Of a DNA stretch of 64,000 bases, positions 30,244-41,467 are shown in pieces (the stretch's first letter is position 1; the number at the start of each line of letters is the position of its first letter). Made by a program: the position numbers and the translations under genes. The notes under the pieces are model-generated. The model made no database searches and was not told the origin of the DNA. It saw nothing but the letters and a program-made list of their open reading frames with translations. The stretch lies in sequence record SRR31156797_4828, one strand, 5' to 3'.

Positions 30244-30645
30244 TCAACCTTCGATTTGATCGATCGTTTCCTGTTTGACGATATCGGCGATTCGAATATT
30301 GATCTCTTTAACTTTTAAAGAAGTCAAGCGACTGATTTCTTCTAAAACCACTTCTTGGACTTGCGCAAAGAGTTTAGGGATATCTTTGCCGTAAGCCACG
30401 ATTACTTCCAAATCAACTGCAACCTCTTCTTTGCCAACTTCCACATCGATGCCAGAAGCGACTTGCGACTGTTCTTCAAGGTTTTCGGTCATATCTGAAA
30501 GAAATCTGCCATTTACACTAATCAAGCCATCAATTGACTGCAAAGCGACACCAACAATTGTTTCAATGACTTTTTCTTCAAAGGACAGTGGACTTGCTTG
30601 CGCTGCTTCATTAGACACATTCGTTGTTTGCTGATCGTCAGTCAT
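30244..30645 (-). CDS. Asp23/Gls24-family envelope stress protein
   Basis: FEEKVIE, GIDVEVGKEEVAVDL, YGKDIP, INIRIADI. Confidence 0.88.
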   Translation of the reverse strand: MTDDQQTTNVSNEAAQASPLSFEEKVIETIVGVALQSIDGLISVNGRFLSDMTENLEEQSQVASGIDVEVGKEEVAVDLEVIVAYGKDIPKLFAQVQEVVLEEISRLTSLKVKEINIRIADIVKQETIDQIEG

Positions 30646-30931
30646 TTTTCACACTCCTTGGTTAAATAAGAAAGGATACTAGAGACATCGCAAAGTCGCA
30701 TACACGACCTTGTCTAAAGTGGATATTCCTCTTGGGAATTTTTTTCCCTACCTTTCCAGCATAAATTCTTTTTGTTTTTTTTACAAAGAAAAACACTTGT
30801 TTTCGGAATAAATTTATCGTGCAAGATAAAATGAATGCGCTAAAAAAATCTCAAAGCATAATTTTCCTGAAATGATTCGTTTTTCTTGACAAAAAAAAGA
30901 AAGCAGCTACACTGCTCTCTTTTATTCTTTG

Positions 30932-32353
30932 TTATTTTGACAAGGCATCTAATGGATCAATCAGTTGATGCCGGGCTAAACTAGGTGAAAGACTAACTTC
31001 AAAATGCAAGTGAGGACCTGTACTGTTCCCCGTACTTCCCATGGAAGCAATCACTTCGCCTTGTTCGACCGTTTGACCGACTTCCACTAAATTGCGATGA
31101 TTGTGCGCATACAATGTCGTCAGCCCATCTTTGTGCTCGATAGCAACATAATTCCCCCATGAAGAATGATACTCTGAGCGGATCACCGTTCCTGAAAGAC
31201 TAGCCATGATCGGCGTTCCTTGCGGGGCGGCGAAGTCCACTCCACGATGAAACCCATTGCCTCGTGGACCAAAGACAGAAGAGACAACTGGATTGCTGAC
31301 AGGATAGATCATCTGTTCGCTGCCTGTCGGTAATTCTGGTTTCTCTTTGTCATAACTCGTCAGAGCATATGCTTCGATCAGCGCATTTAGCTTCTCATTG
31401 TATTGTGTATCTGATGCATAACGCCCGGTCAGATATTCCGTGGCATCTTCATAAGACTCCGTTTCTGATTTCCAAACACCTTTATAAAAATTCGGATTGT
31501 GGTCCAATCCTTCTTTCAACAATTTCGCATAATCTTTCAAAGAAGATTCGATACTGTCATATTGGCGAAACGTGGCATGAACTGTGTATAAATTACCGGA
31601 ACCATCGTCTTCTTGCGTTTGGAAGGAAATCCCATTCCCTTCATAAAGTCCCTTAATACCAAATAGGTTATAAAAAGGCTCCTGGCTCAGACGACTTCTT
31701 CCGCTACCAGACTCTAAAATCGCTTGTGCAATCATGACCGATGCGTAAAGATCTTCTTCTTGTCCAACTTTACGAGCATCTTCTCCAATCTCCATAATAA
31801 AGTCCCACGTTTCTTTGACTGGCGTGACTTCAAATTTTGCTGGCTCATCTTCTTGCGGCGGCGTTACCGTCAACTCTGGTACGTTCGGTACTTCTTTGAT
31901 GTCAGGCGAAGGCTGGCTTGGTGTTGATTCTGGCTCTGGATTTGGTGTTGTCTCTGGTTCTGGGTTTGGTGCTGGTTCTTCTGGTTCTGGCGCCGGCTCA
32001 GGTGTTGGTTCTGGCTCTGGATTCGGCTCTGGATCAGGATTTGGTGCCGGTTCTTCTGGTGTTGGTTCTGGCGTCGGGGTTGGTTCCGGTTCTGGCAATG
32101 GTTCTGGTGTTGGCTGTTCAGGAACAGGTGTTGACTCTCCTGGAACTACTTCGCCGTTTTCTCCTGGTACCGTTGCGGCATCTTCAGGGACCAAGCCCAT
32201 TGTTGGCCCGTTCACTCCCGGAACCGTTGACTCAGCTGTATTTTGACCAGCAGTAGACTCGCTCGTTAAAACAGCCGCAGCCGCTGATACTGGCAGCAAT
32301 GTTGAAAATTGACTGGTAATAATGGCAATTGCCATCCATTTCTTTATTTTCAT
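30932..32353 (-). CDS. Secreted peptidoglycan hydrolase: Pro/Glu linker + GH73 glucosaminidase + M23 peptidase
   Basis: Signal peptide; PEP repeats; [19 protein letters not shown] (GH73); HRGVD and HLHFE (M23). Confidence 0.9.
   Translation of the reverse strand: MKIKKWMAIAIITSQFSTLLPVSAAAAVLTSESTAGQNTAESTVPGVNGPTMGLVPEDAATVPGENGEVVPGESTPVPEQPTPEPLPEPEPTPTPEPTPEEPAPNPDPEPNPEPEPTPEPAPEPEEPAPNPEPETTPNPEPESTPSQPSPDIKEVPNVPELTVTPPQEDEPAKFEVTPVKETWDFIMEIGEDARKVGQEEDLYASVMIAQAILESGSGRSRLSQEPFYNLFGIKGLYEGNGISFQTQEDDGSGNLYTVHATFRQYDSIESSLKDYAKLLKEGLDHNPNFYKGVWKSETESYEDATEYLTGRYASDTQYNEKLNALIEAYALTSYDKEKPELPTGSEQMIYPVSNPVVSSVFGPRGNGFHRGVDFAAPQGTPIMASLSGTVIRSEYHSSWGNYVAIEHKDGLTTLYAHNHRNLVEVGQTVEQGEVIASMGSTGNSTGPHLHFEVSLSPSLARHQLIDPLDALSK
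31915..32125 (-). repeat. Low-complexity Pro-Glu-Pro-Thr/Asn coding repeat
   Basis: Repeated PEPEPTPEP and EEPAPNPEP units. Confidence 0.85.
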
Positions 32354-32585
32354 TCGTGAACTTTCCTCCTTTATTCCTCCCTCTATCATACAAAAAATGC
32401 AAGAAACTTTGTAATCAATTTTTGCATTCCTATATGAAAAAGGAGAAATACTTGATTTTTCTAACGAATGAATGATCCAAGCCATTCATTTGCTCTCTAG
32501 TAAAAATACGCAAAAACAGCTCAATACCATCTTTTCAAATGTCCAAAACAAAAACAGCAGCGAGCGTCCTCCCTGCTGTTTTGAT

Positions 32586-33947
32586 CTATCTTGACTCTAT
32601 ATCGATATATTCGCGATCATTTGACACTTCTTTATAGGCGGGGCGCATGATTTTTTGTGCGTTGACCAGCTCTTCGATCCGATGGGCGGACCAACCAACG
32701 ATCCGTGCAATAGCAAACATTGGTGTATACAGTTCTTCTGGTAGATCCAACATGTTATAAACAAACCCGCTGAAAAAGTCGATATTGGCACTGACTCCTT
32801 TGTAGATTTTGCGCTTTTCATTGATGACTTGAGGAGCAATGCGTTCGACCATCGTATACAATTGATATTCTTGCCAAGCTTCTGATCCTTTTTCTTGTGC
32901 CAGTTTGGCTACATAATTTTTAAAGATCGCCGCACGAGGGTCGTTGTCGCTGTAAACCGCGTGGCCCATGCCATAAATCAATCCTTTACGGTCAAATGCT
33001 TCTTTATCTAGGACTGCTTCCAAATAAGTGCGGACGGCCTGTTCATCGGTAATATCAGCAACGTTGCGCTTCAAATCTCCCATCATTTCCGTCACTTTGA
33101 TATTGGCGCCACCGTGTTTAGGTCCTTTCAAAGAACCTAGCGCTGCAGCAATCGTTGAATAGGTATCCGTCCCACTGGAGGTAACGACTCGTGTCGTAAA
33201 GGTCGAATTATTCCCGCCGCCATGTTCCATATGCAAAACAAGTGCCATATCCAATGTTTGGGCTTCTTGGAAGCTATATTCTTTCGTTGGACGCAGCATA
33301 GTCAAAATCGTTTCAGCTGTACTCAACTCTTCGGTCGGGCGGTGGATGTACATGCTCTCCCCTTGATTGTAATGATTGTAGGCATGATAGCCGTAGATTG
33401 CCAAGAGTGGAAAGACACTGATCAGCATCAGACTTTGTTCCAACACATTTTCAATACTGATGTCATCTGCTTGCGGATCATAACTTGCCAGTGTCAAGAT
33501 ACTGCGAGATAAACTATTCATGATATCAGAAGAAGGTGCTTTCATAATGACGTCACGAACAAAATTGGTCGGCAAAGTACGTTTTTCTGCTAATAGGCAA
33601 TGAAATGCCGCAAGTTCTGTTTTGTTTGGCAGTTCGCCGAAAAGCAATAAATATGCAATTTCTTCAAAGCCAAAACGTTTCTCATTGACGAACCCTGCTA
33701 CTAACTCATTGATGTCAATTCCGCGATAACGCAGCTCGCCACAAGCTTCAACTGGCTTGCCAGCAATGATTTTTTCTGGATAAATGGTGGAGATCGTCGT
33801 AAGACCTGCTAAGACCCCCGTGCCATTTAAATCCCTCAGTCCACGCTTTACATCATATTCTGAATAAAGATTCATATCTATCAAATTGTATTTCTGACAT
33901 TGCGATGCAAGATAGGACAATTTCTCTTTCTTTTCTAATCTTTCCAC
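32586..33947 (-). CDS. citZ: Citrate synthase
   Basis: HMEHGGGNNST, GPKHGGAN, GMGHAVY, NIDFFSG. Confidence 0.92.
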   Translation of the reverse strand: MERLEKKEKLSYLASQCQKYNLIDMNLYSEYDVKRGLRDLNGTGVLAGLTTISTIYPEKIIAGKPVEACGELRYRGIDINELVAGFVNEKRFGFEEIAYLLLFGELPNKTELAAFHCLLAEKRTLPTNFVRDVIMKAPSSDIMNSLSRSILTLASYDPQADDISIENVLEQSLMLISVFPLLAIYGYHAYNHYNQGESMYIHRPTEELSTAETILTMLRPTKEYSFQEAQTLDMALVLHMEHGGGNNSTFTTRVVTSSGTDTYSTIAAALGSLKGPKHGGANIKVTEMMGDLKRNVADITDEQAVRTYLEAVLDKEAFDRKGLIYGMGHAVYSDNDPRAAIFKNYVAKLAQEKGSEAWQEYQLYTMVERIAPQVINEKRKIYKGVSANIDFFSGFVYNMLDLPEELYTPMFAIARIVGWSAHRIEELVNAQKIMRPAYKEVSNDREYIDIESR

Positions 33948-34182
33948 GGTGATGTTACCTCCAATCTTTCTACAAACTATCGACTACAATGTTATTTAAC
34001 CGTATACAAACATCGTTAAAATAGTCATCCTATAAAATCGTTGCTTTTTAACAAACTTTCACACATTATAGCACGATGTTTAGAAAATGAAATATTTTTC
34101 ATAAATTTAATTGATTTTTTAAATTATCAACGTATAATTATTCCTAATAAGTACGATTATCTTCGTAAAAAGGAGGATTCTT

Positions 34183-36879
34183 ATGAAGTGGCAAACTCAA
34201 CTCACCGTCAATGACACCCAATACACGTATATTGACTTAGCGAAAATCACCCAAGACTTAGGGGCTGATTTATCTCGCTTGCCCTACTCCATTCGAGTTT
34301 TATTGGAAAGTGTTGCTCGTCATCAAGACGAGGAAATTACAGAGGATTATTTACCATTTTTAGCGAATTGGCAGGCAGAAAGCCCTACCGGTGTCGTGCC
34401 ATTCAAACCAGAGCGGGTCGTCTTGCAAGACTTTACTGGGGTGCCTGCAGTCGTTGATCTGGCTGCCATGCGGGATGCGATGGTCGCTTTAGGCGGTGCC
34501 GCAGAAGACATCAATCCTGAGATCCCCGTCACACTCGTCGTCGACCACTCTGTGCAAGTCGATCAAGCCGGTACGCCTGGGGCGATCGCTTTTAATACGG
34601 AGCGGGAATTTGAACGCAACGCAGAACGCTATCAATTCTTGAAATGGGCACAAGGTTCTTTCGACAATTTCGAAGTCGTTCCGCCTGAAACAGGGATCAT
34701 TCATCAAGTCAACATCGAATCATTGTCTGATGTGATCTTGCAAAAAACACACGAAGACCAACGTCTGCTGTTTCCTGATACATTGCAAGGAACCGATTCT
34801 CACACCACGATGATCAACGGTTTGGGGGTCCTCGGTTGGGGGGTTGGCGGTATTGAAGCGGAAGCTGCGATTCTTGGCGAACCTTCTTTCTTTCCTACAC
34901 CTGAAGTCATCGGGGTGAAATTTATCAACGAGATGCCTGCAGGTACCACAGCAACCGATTTAGCACTAAAAGTAACCGAAGTGCTGCGGATCGAAAAAGT
35001 GGTTGGAAAATTTGTCGAATACTTTGGCCCAGGCTATGGTCATTTGAGCTTAGCCGATCGGGCGACATTAGCGAACATGGCCCCTGAATATGGTGCCACT
35101 TGCGGTTTTTGTCCGATCGATCAAGAGACCTTGAACTACTTGGCAACGACCGGGCGCTCCAGCGAGCTGATCGAACTCGTTACCGCTTACGCCAAAGCCA
35201 ACCATTTCTTTTATGATGAAACGACCGTGCCGACCTATACTAAGACGATCACCATTGATCTAGCAGAAGTTCAGCCGGCATTAGCGGGCCCCAAACGCCC
35301 GCAAGATCGGATTTTGCTTCCAGCAGTCCGTCAGGATTTTGAACAATCAGTCACGGCAGCCGTTGGTCCCAAGGGCTTTGGACTTTCGGAGGATGAATGG
35401 CAAAAAGAAACCAGCGTTACTTGGCCAGATGCTGCAGCAGACAAATTAGAGACCGGCGATATCGTTTTGGCGGCGATCACTAGCTGTACGAATACTAGCA
35501 ATCCTTTCGTCATGCTCTCTGCAGGCTTATTGGCCAAAAAAGCCATTGAAAAAGGTTTGACCGTCCCTCGTACGGTCAAAACCTCCCTTGCACCTGGCTC
35601 CCAGATCGTGACCACCTATTTGCAAAACAGTGGTTTGCTGCCGTATTTAGAGCAACTCGGCTTTTATTTAGTGGGCTACGGTTGTACCACCTGTATCGGA
35701 AATTCCGGTCCTTTAGAAGCGCCGGTCGCTGAAGCAATTGAGGCGGAAAATCTACTGGTGGCGTCGGTTCTGTCAGGCAATCGGAATTTTGAAGGAAGAA
35801 TCCATCCACAGATCAAAGCCAATTATTTGGCTTCGCCGCCGTTAGTTGTTGCCTATGCGATCGCTGGCAGCACTCGCAAAGATCTTACAAAAGAACCATT
35901 AGCTATCGTCAATGACGAGCCGGTGTATTTGTCTGATATTTGGCCTAGCAATGAAGAAGTCAATACTTACGTTCAAGAATACGTCGGACCAGAAGCATTT
36001 CGCGCTGCCTATGAGCATCTTTTTGATGCCAATGAACGCTGGAATGCGATCGAAACCACCACGAGCGCATGTTATGAATGGGAGGAACAATCTACTTACA
36101 TTGCTCATCCACCCTACTTTGAAACATTGACCAAAGAATTGCCTAAACCAGATGTCTTAGCCGATCTGAAAGTCTTGGCAAAATTGGGTGATTCCGTCAC
36201 CACTGACCATATTTCTCCTGCCGGCAGCATCAGTATGGATTCAGCAGCTGGAAAATTTTTACAAGAAAAAGAAGTTCCATATCGTGAATTCAATTCCTTT
36301 GGTTCGCGGCGCGGCAATCATCAGATTATGATGCGGGGGACTTTCGGCAACATCCGTCTGCAAAACCAGCTGGTTCCTGGCAGTACTGGCAGTGTCACGC
36401 ATTATTTTCCAACTGGGGAAACCTTGTCGATATTTGACGCCGCTATGAATTACCAAAAAGCCGGCCAAAGCTGTATCATTTTAGCTGGTAAAGATTATGG
36501 CATGGGTTCTTCTCGCGACTGGGCCGCCAAAGGGACACAATTGTTAGGCGTTAAAGTCGTCTTAGCAGAAAGCTTCGAACGGATCCATCGCAGCAACTTG
36601 GTCATGATGGGGATCATTCCTCTTGAATATCTGGCTGGTGAAAGTGCCACCTCTTTTTCTTTAGATGGCAGCGAAACATTCTCGATCGCTTTGCCAGAAG
36701 AGCCAGCGGTCAAGCAGCTGGTCGAAGTCACTGCGCAACGGACCGACGGAGGGACTGTCTCCTTTATGACCCGTCTACGCTTTGATGCCCCGGCAGATAT
36801 TCGCTATTGGAAGCATCAAGGAATTTTGCCAATGGTCATTCGAAAAAAAGCGGAATTAGGAGGAGCTGCCCATGTCTAA
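34183..36879 (+). CDS. acnA: Aconitate hydratase A
   Basis: [46 protein letters not shown]. Confidence 0.97.
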   Translation: MKWQTQLTVNDTQYTYIDLAKITQDLGADLSRLPYSIRVLLESVARHQDEEITEDYLPFLANWQAESPTGVVPFKPERVVLQDFTGVPAVVDLAAMRDAMVALGGAAEDINPEIPVTLVVDHSVQVDQAGTPGAIAFNTEREFERNAERYQFLKWAQGSFDNFEVVPPETGIIHQVNIESLSDVILQKTHEDQRLLFPDTLQGTDSHTTMINGLGVLGWGVGGIEAEAAILGEPSFFPTPEVIGVKFINEMPAGTTATDLALKVTEVLRIEKVVGKFVEYFGPGYGHLSLADRATLANMAPEYGATCGFCPIDQETLNYLATTGRSSELIELVTAYAKANHFFYDETTVPTYTKTITIDLAEVQPALAGPKRPQDRILLPAVRQDFEQSVTAAVGPKGFGLSEDEWQKETSVTWPDAAADKLETGDIVLAAITSCTNTSNPFVMLSAGLLAKKAIEKGLTVPRTVKTSLAPGSQIVTTYLQNSGLLPYLEQLGFYLVGYGCTTCIGNSGPLEAPVAEAIEAENLLVASVLSGNRNFEGRIHPQIKANYLASPPLVVAYAIAGSTRKDLTKEPLAIVNDEPVYLSDIWPSNEEVNTYVQEYVGPEAFRAAYEHLFDANERWNAIETTTSACYEWEEQSTYIAHPPYFETLTKELPKPDVLADLKVLAKLGDSVTTDHISPAGSISMDSAAGKFLQEKEVPYREFNSFGSRRGNHQIMMRGTFGNIRLQNQLVPGSTGSVTHYFPTGETLSIFDAAMNYQKAGQSCIILAGKDYGMGSSRDWAAKGTQLLGVKVVLAESFERIHRSNLVMMGIIPLEYLAGESATSFSLDGSETFSIALPEEPAVKQLVEVTAQRTDGGTVSFMTRLRFDAPADIRYWKHQGILPMVIRKKAELGGAAHV

Positions 36880-38122
36880 CCAAACAACCCATGAAGCAAC
36901 GACGATCACCATTCCTTACATTGCAGGAGACGGCATCGGTGCCGAGATTTGGCAGGCTGCGCAACCTGTGATTGATGCAGCTGTGAATAAAGCTTATGAC
37001 AATCAGCGCCACATCGAGTGGCTGGAAGTTTTCGCTGGAGAAGCCGCCTTTGAACAGACAGGGGAATGGCTGCCGCAAGCAACCATCGATACGATCAAGG
37101 CCCAGCAATACGCCTTGAAAGGACCGTTGACTACCCCGATTGGCGAGGGCTTTCGCTCCTTGAATGTCACCTTACGGCAGACGCTGGATCTTTATGCCTG
37201 TGTCAGACCTGTTCGCTATTTTACAGGGGTCCCTTCGCCTTTAAAACAGCCAGAAAAAACCGATATGGTGATCTTTCGCGAAAATACTGAAGATGTTTAT
37301 GCTGGCATCGAATTTGCCAAAGACGACGACGCAACACAGCGTTTGATCCAGACACTGCAAGCAGACTTTGCCGTCAAGGCGATTCGTTTTCCTAAAACTT
37401 CCGCTATTGGCATCAAGCCGATCTCTTTAGAAGGCAGTCAGCGCTTGATCGCTGCTGCCATTGAGTATGCGATTACTCAAAAGCGGCCCACGGTGACACT
37501 GGTGCATAAAGGCAATATCATGAAATTTACAGAAGGCGGCTTTAAAAACTGGGGCTATCAGCTTGCAGAAACCACGTACGCCGACCAGTGTTTTACAATG
37601 AATCAATACAACAAAATCAAAGCAGAAAATGGTTCAAAGGCAGCCGAAGCCGCCCTTGCCTCGGCCAAAGCGGCTGGAAAGATCGTTGTTAACGATGTGA
37701 TCGCCGACAACTTTTTACAGCAGATCCTTTTGTATCCAGAAAAATTCGATGTCATTGCCACTTGTAATTTGAACGGCGACTACATTTCTGATGCACTCGC
37801 TGCACAAGTTGGCGGCATCGGGATCGCCCCCGGCGCCAATATCAACTACGATACTGGGGCAGCCATCTTTGAAGCTACCCACGGAACGGCACCGGATATC
37901 GCAGGACTTGGCAAAGCCAATCCCTGTTCACTGCTGCTATCGGCGTGCATGCTATTAGAACATTTGAACTGGCCGGAAGCTGCTGCAATACTGACGCAAG
38001 CCATTGAACAAGCCTTGCAAAATCAACACGTCACTGCCGACTTCGCACAGTTGATGCCCGAAGCGGTCTGTTTAACGACACAAGCGTTTGGTGAACACCT
38101 CCTTCAGCTGATCCATTCGTAA
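36872..38122 (+). CDS. icd: NADP-dependent isocitrate dehydrogenase
   Basis: [42 protein letters not shown]. Confidence 0.97.
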   Translation: MSNQTTHEATTITIPYIAGDGIGAEIWQAAQPVIDAAVNKAYDNQRHIEWLEVFAGEAAFEQTGEWLPQATIDTIKAQQYALKGPLTTPIGEGFRSLNVTLRQTLDLYACVRPVRYFTGVPSPLKQPEKTDMVIFRENTEDVYAGIEFAKDDDATQRLIQTLQADFAVKAIRFPKTSAIGIKPISLEGSQRLIAAAIEYAITQKRPTVTLVHKGNIMKFTEGGFKNWGYQLAETTYADQCFTMNQYNKIKAENGSKAAEAALASAKAAGKIVVNDVIADNFLQQILLYPEKFDVIATCNLNGDYISDALAAQVGGIGIAPGANINYDTGAAIFEATHGTAPDIAGLGKANPCSLLLSACMLLEHLNWPEAAAILTQAIEQALQNQHVTADFAQLMPEAVCLTTQAFGEHLLQLIHS

Positions 38123-38226
38123 ACTCAAGCTGTGATTGAGTCGGCATTTGCCTGCTCAACCGCAGCTTGATTGCGTTTCCACCTTCTGAGAAACTATACT
38201 TAGAGCATGAAAGGGGGAATTCATTT

Positions 38227-39081
38227 ATGAGTGAATTCAACATGAGAAAAATTGGTCAGCAGATCGCTACCAAACGCAAAGAAAAAAATCTGACCCAAAG
38301 CAACTTGGCAGACCAATTACTTGTCAGCTATCAGGCGGTCAGTAATTGGGAGCGGGGCAACTCACTGCCGGACATAGAAAAATTGCCGCAGCTAGCGGCG
38401 ATTTTAGGCCTATCGATCGATGAGCTGTTAGGGAAGCCAGCAGCTGCGATTCAACATTATCAAGCAGGAACCGCGCAGCCAAAAGAAATCGCCGAACTAG
38501 CTCCGCTGATCAAACCGCAAGAACTATCGGCACTGATTCAAGAAGAACCGTTTCAAGAATCTTCTTTAGACCTAGACTTATTGCCTAGACTAGCTCCTCA
38601 TTTGAATAGTGCTGACTTGCAGCACTTGCTTAATGGCGCCGAAAATATCCCAGAAGATGTCATGGAAGAACTCTTGCCGTTTTTGAAAAAGCCCCAAATA
38701 GAAGAGCTCCTTAAAGGCAACCACTATTCCATGGCTTTTTGGGAAGAGGCGGCGCCCTTTTTAACCCCCAACTTTTTGGCGGGAGAAATCAAAGGTTGGC
38801 TTGAAACCCCTGACTTTCGCTTTTCTGAGATTGAAGAACTGCTTCCCTTTTTACCTGCACCGTATCTGGATGAACTCCTGCAGACGGCCCTGGAACAGCC
38901 AAACGTTACCGCATCAGAACGCTTGTCTTATGATGAAATCGAAGAACTGCTGCCGTTTCTGACAGAAGCAACGATCTGCCGTCTCGTTCAAGCACTGCCC
39001 TTCTCAACAGATGAATTGGAAGAAATCGCCCCTTTCCTCTCCTCAAAGAACTTACTTGTCCTATTAAAAAAAGGACACTAA
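38227..39081 (+). CDS. XRE-family HTH regulator with C-terminal helical repeats (EELLPFL)
   Basis: LTQSNLADQLLVSYQAVSNWERG HTH; about seven E(E)L(L/A)P(F/L/H)L repeats. Confidence 0.85.
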   Translation: MSEFNMRKIGQQIATKRKEKNLTQSNLADQLLVSYQAVSNWERGNSLPDIEKLPQLAAILGLSIDELLGKPAAAIQHYQAGTAQPKEIAELAPLIKPQELSALIQEEPFQESSLDLDLLPRLAPHLNSADLQHLLNGAENIPEDVMEELLPFLKKPQIEELLKGNHYSMAFWEEAAPFLTPNFLAGEIKGWLETPDFRFSEIEELLPFLPAPYLDELLQTALEQPNVTASERLSYDEIEELLPFLTEATICRLVQALPFSTDELEEIAPFLSSKNLLVLLKKGH

Positions 39082-39121
39082 AAAAACAAGATTCTTCTTT
39101 ACTTTTGGTAAACCACCGTTT

Positions 39122-39167
39122 ATAATTTCGTTAACCAAATAAATCTTTTTTAGGTTAACGAAATTAT
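39122..39167. promoter_or_regulatory. BirA operator overlapping the bioY promoter
   Basis: Perfect 15-bp arms ATAATTTCGTTAACC-N16-GGTTAACGAAATTAT, overlapping TATAAT at 39121; TTTACT -35 lies 17 bp upstream. Confidence 0.85.
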
Positions 39168-39186
39168 TACTAGAGAGAAGGATTCG

Positions 39187-39726
39187 ATGAAATTATCATT
39201 ACGTGAACAAATCCATGCCGCATTATTTGCGATCATTATTGCTGGTCTTTCCCAATTGACGATTCCGTTAGGTTTGATCCCATTGACAGGACAAACCTTT
39301 GCGATTGGACTGGCGGTGACTTTCCTCGGCACGCGAACAGGAACGATGGCGATCATCATCTACTTGCTGTTAGGATTGATCGGTCTGCCCGTTTTCGCTG
39401 GTTTTTCCAGCGGTATCGGTGTTTTGTTAGGACCAACCGGAGGCTATTTAGTCGGCTTCCTCTTTAACGGATTGCTTACTGGATTGGTCGTAGAAAAAAC
39501 GGCGTTTCGCTACACAGGAGCAGTGATAGGCAATATTGTCGGTGCGCTGGCAACTTTGTTGTTTGGTACATTATGGCTGAAATGGAGCACTGGCATGGCA
39601 TGGCCGGCGGCTTTTAACGGTGGTTTTGTTTTGTTTATTATCCCCGGGATCATCAAAGCCGTTGCCGCAGCTTATCTAGGCATCTTTTTAAGAAACCGCT
39701 TGGCGCAACGACTGGCTTTGCGTTAA
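39187..39726 (+). CDS. bioY: Biotin ECF transporter S component BioY
   Basis: IPLTGQTF, GLIGLPVFAG, GPTGGYLVGF; BirA site upstream. Confidence 0.95.
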   Translation: MKLSLREQIHAALFAIIIAGLSQLTIPLGLIPLTGQTFAIGLAVTFLGTRTGTMAIIIYLLLGLIGLPVFAGFSSGIGVLLGPTGGYLVGFLFNGLLTGLVVEKTAFRYTGAVIGNIVGALATLLFGTLWLKWSTGMAWPAAFNGGFVLFIIPGIIKAVAAAYLGIFLRNRLAQRLALR

Positions 39727-39727
39727 T

Positions 39728-39818
39728 AAAAAACACTCGCGTCATATGCAGCGATTCCCATCAGTTAGCTTTTTCGTCTAACTTTTGGAAATCGCCACAT
39801 CACGCGAGTGTTCTTTTT
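39728..39818. terminator. Long (~90 nt) hairpin between convergent genes
   Basis: Nested inverted repeats AACACTCGCGT/ACGCGAGTGTT, GCGATTCCCA/TGGAAATCGC, AGTTAG/CTAACT. Confidence 0.7.
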
Positions 39819-40384
39819 TAGTTGTCGATCTCTTCAATCAACAACTGCGGCCAAACTTTCTGCCACTGCTTCACCGCTTGGCGTTGTCGGTAAACCGCAA
39901 GGTACTGGTCATTTTGGGCGAAATGCGGTGTTGGACGCACCCGAAAACTGCAAACATCCTGCCAACCGAAAGGCGCCATCAATTCAATCTCGCCTTGTTT
40001 CATTCGTGCCGCCACCGCTGTACAACGCTCTGGAAACTTCGTTAAAGCATCGAAGGTACTTGTATAAGTGGGTTCCTCGGCAAAGTTGTGCTGGTGCATC
40101 AATGCTTGATTTCGAACCTCCCAAGGAAATTCGGGAAACGAACGGCGCAGTTGCGCTTCGATCGCTGCTGTTTCTTCTACGCTTACAGTCGGATCATAAA
40201 ACACGACATCAATATCGGTTATCGGCACCTCCGCTATTTTTCCGCTAAGAAAACCCCATAAATAATTCCGCAGGTACCCGGCACACAGCCAGCAATCCGG
40301 CAGCTGTAACGCTTCAATGATCGTAAGCAGTTGTCGACATTCACGATTTTTTGCAAACAAGTTCTGGATCGCTTGTTCCTTCAT
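39818..40384 (-). CDS. DUF925 nucleotidyltransferase-family protein
   Basis: WLCAGYLRNYLW, TDIDVVFYD, WEVRNQALMH, FPE motifs. Confidence 0.85.
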   Translation of the reverse strand: MKEQAIQNLFAKNRECRQLLTIIEALQLPDCWLCAGYLRNYLWGFLSGKIAEVPITDIDVVFYDPTVSVEETAAIEAQLRRSFPEFPWEVRNQALMHQHNFAEEPTYTSTFDALTKFPERCTAVAARMKQGEIELMAPFGWQDVCSFRVRPTPHFAQNDQYLAVYRQRQAVKQWQKVWPQLLIEEIDN

Positions 40385-40414
40385 TGGCGTCCTCCTCTAA
40401 TGGGCTCAGGCTAG

Positions 40415-41164
40415 TTATTTCAAGGTCCAACCACCGTCGATGGGCACGATCGCCCCCTGCAAGTAACTAGCTTGCGGGCTGGCAAGAAAAAGGGTCAGCG
40501 CTGCAACTTCTTCTGGTTGCGCCCAACGCTTGACCGGCGTCTCCTCTGCCACCCATTGCGCCATTTTTCCGTCACCAGCAAAATCAGCCGCATTCATCGG
40601 CGTTTGAATCGCACCTGGCGCGATGCCCTTCACCGAGATCCCTTGATCTGCAACATCCAATGCCAACTGTTTGGTAAACCCGACGATCGCGTGTTTTGCG
40701 GTTGTATAAGCGATCCCACCTCCACCTGCGACCATTCCAGCGATCGACGCCATATTAATGATCGTTCCGCCACCATTGGCTTGCATCAGCGGCAAAATTT
40801 CTTTCGTTAAATAAAACATGCTGGAGACATTGGTTTGAAATATCTCCTCCCACTCCATTGATGTCGTCTCAGCGATCGTATGATAGCCATCTAGTTTCCC
40901 GGCTGTATTCAACAAGATCGTCATGCCACCAAAGTGTGTAACACAAGCTTGGACCGCTGCAAGACAATTTTCTTCCACCGCTAAATCGCAACACGTGCCG
41001 AAAAAGCGGGGCTGGGCTAAAAGCGTATCAGGAAACGATTGGCAGTCAACCCCAAATACTTGAGCGCCTTCTGCAAGAAACGCCTCTGCTTGCGCTCTGC
41101 CGATGCCTGAAGCAGCTCCTGTGACAAACACAATCGTTTTGTCATCGATCCACGATGCTGTCAT
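40415..41164 (-). CDS. Short-chain dehydrogenase/reductase (FabG-like)
   Basis: TGAASGIG, NTAG, YTTAK; start overlaps the DUF2829 stop. Confidence 0.92.
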   Translation of the reverse strand: MTASWIDDKTIVFVTGAASGIGRAQAEAFLAEGAQVFGVDCQSFPDTLLAQPRFFGTCCDLAVEENCLAAVQACVTHFGGMTILLNTAGKLDGYHTIAETTSMEWEEIFQTNVSSMFYLTKEILPLMQANGGGTIINMASIAGMVAGGGGIAYTTAKHAIVGFTKQLALDVADQGISVKGIAPGAIQTPMNAADFAGDGKMAQWVAEETPVKRWAQPEEVAALTLFLASPQASYLQGAIVPIDGGWTLK

Positions 41165-41382
41165 TCCACGATTTTCCAATCTTCCGCAAGAATGTCGCAA
41201 ACAGTCGGTGCGAAACTCGAGAATCCCTCATCTGCTGTTTTGATCAAAAAGTAAGGGGTGACTGGGGCATTGTCGTACACTTCGCCTTCAACGAATGTCA
41301 CATAAAGTTCAAAACCGCCCCAACCTTCACGGATGATTTTTTTGCCGGCTTTTAATTCTGGTAAGATTTCTTCAAATGTCAT
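41161..41382 (-). CDS. DUF2829 (Tad2/AcrIIA7-related) small protein
   Basis: MTFEEILPELKAGKKIIREGW...PYFLIK...PTVCDILAEDWKIVE fits the DUF2829 pattern. Confidence 0.8.
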   Translation of the reverse strand: MTFEEILPELKAGKKIIREGWGGFELYVTFVEGEVYDNAPVTPYFLIKTADEGFSSFAPTVCDILAEDWKIVE

Positions 41383-41467
41383 AATTTTTCTCCTTTGTGT
41401 TTTTCTTCTAATGGTTTAAATTGCTTGGAAATTCAATTACGAAAACAAGCAGGACTCGGTTGCTGCG

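Noticed and set aside
31815-32256. Gly/Ser-rich and Leu/Val-rich plus-strand ORFs
   Set aside because: Antisense shadows of the Pro-Glu repeat in the GH73-M23 gene.
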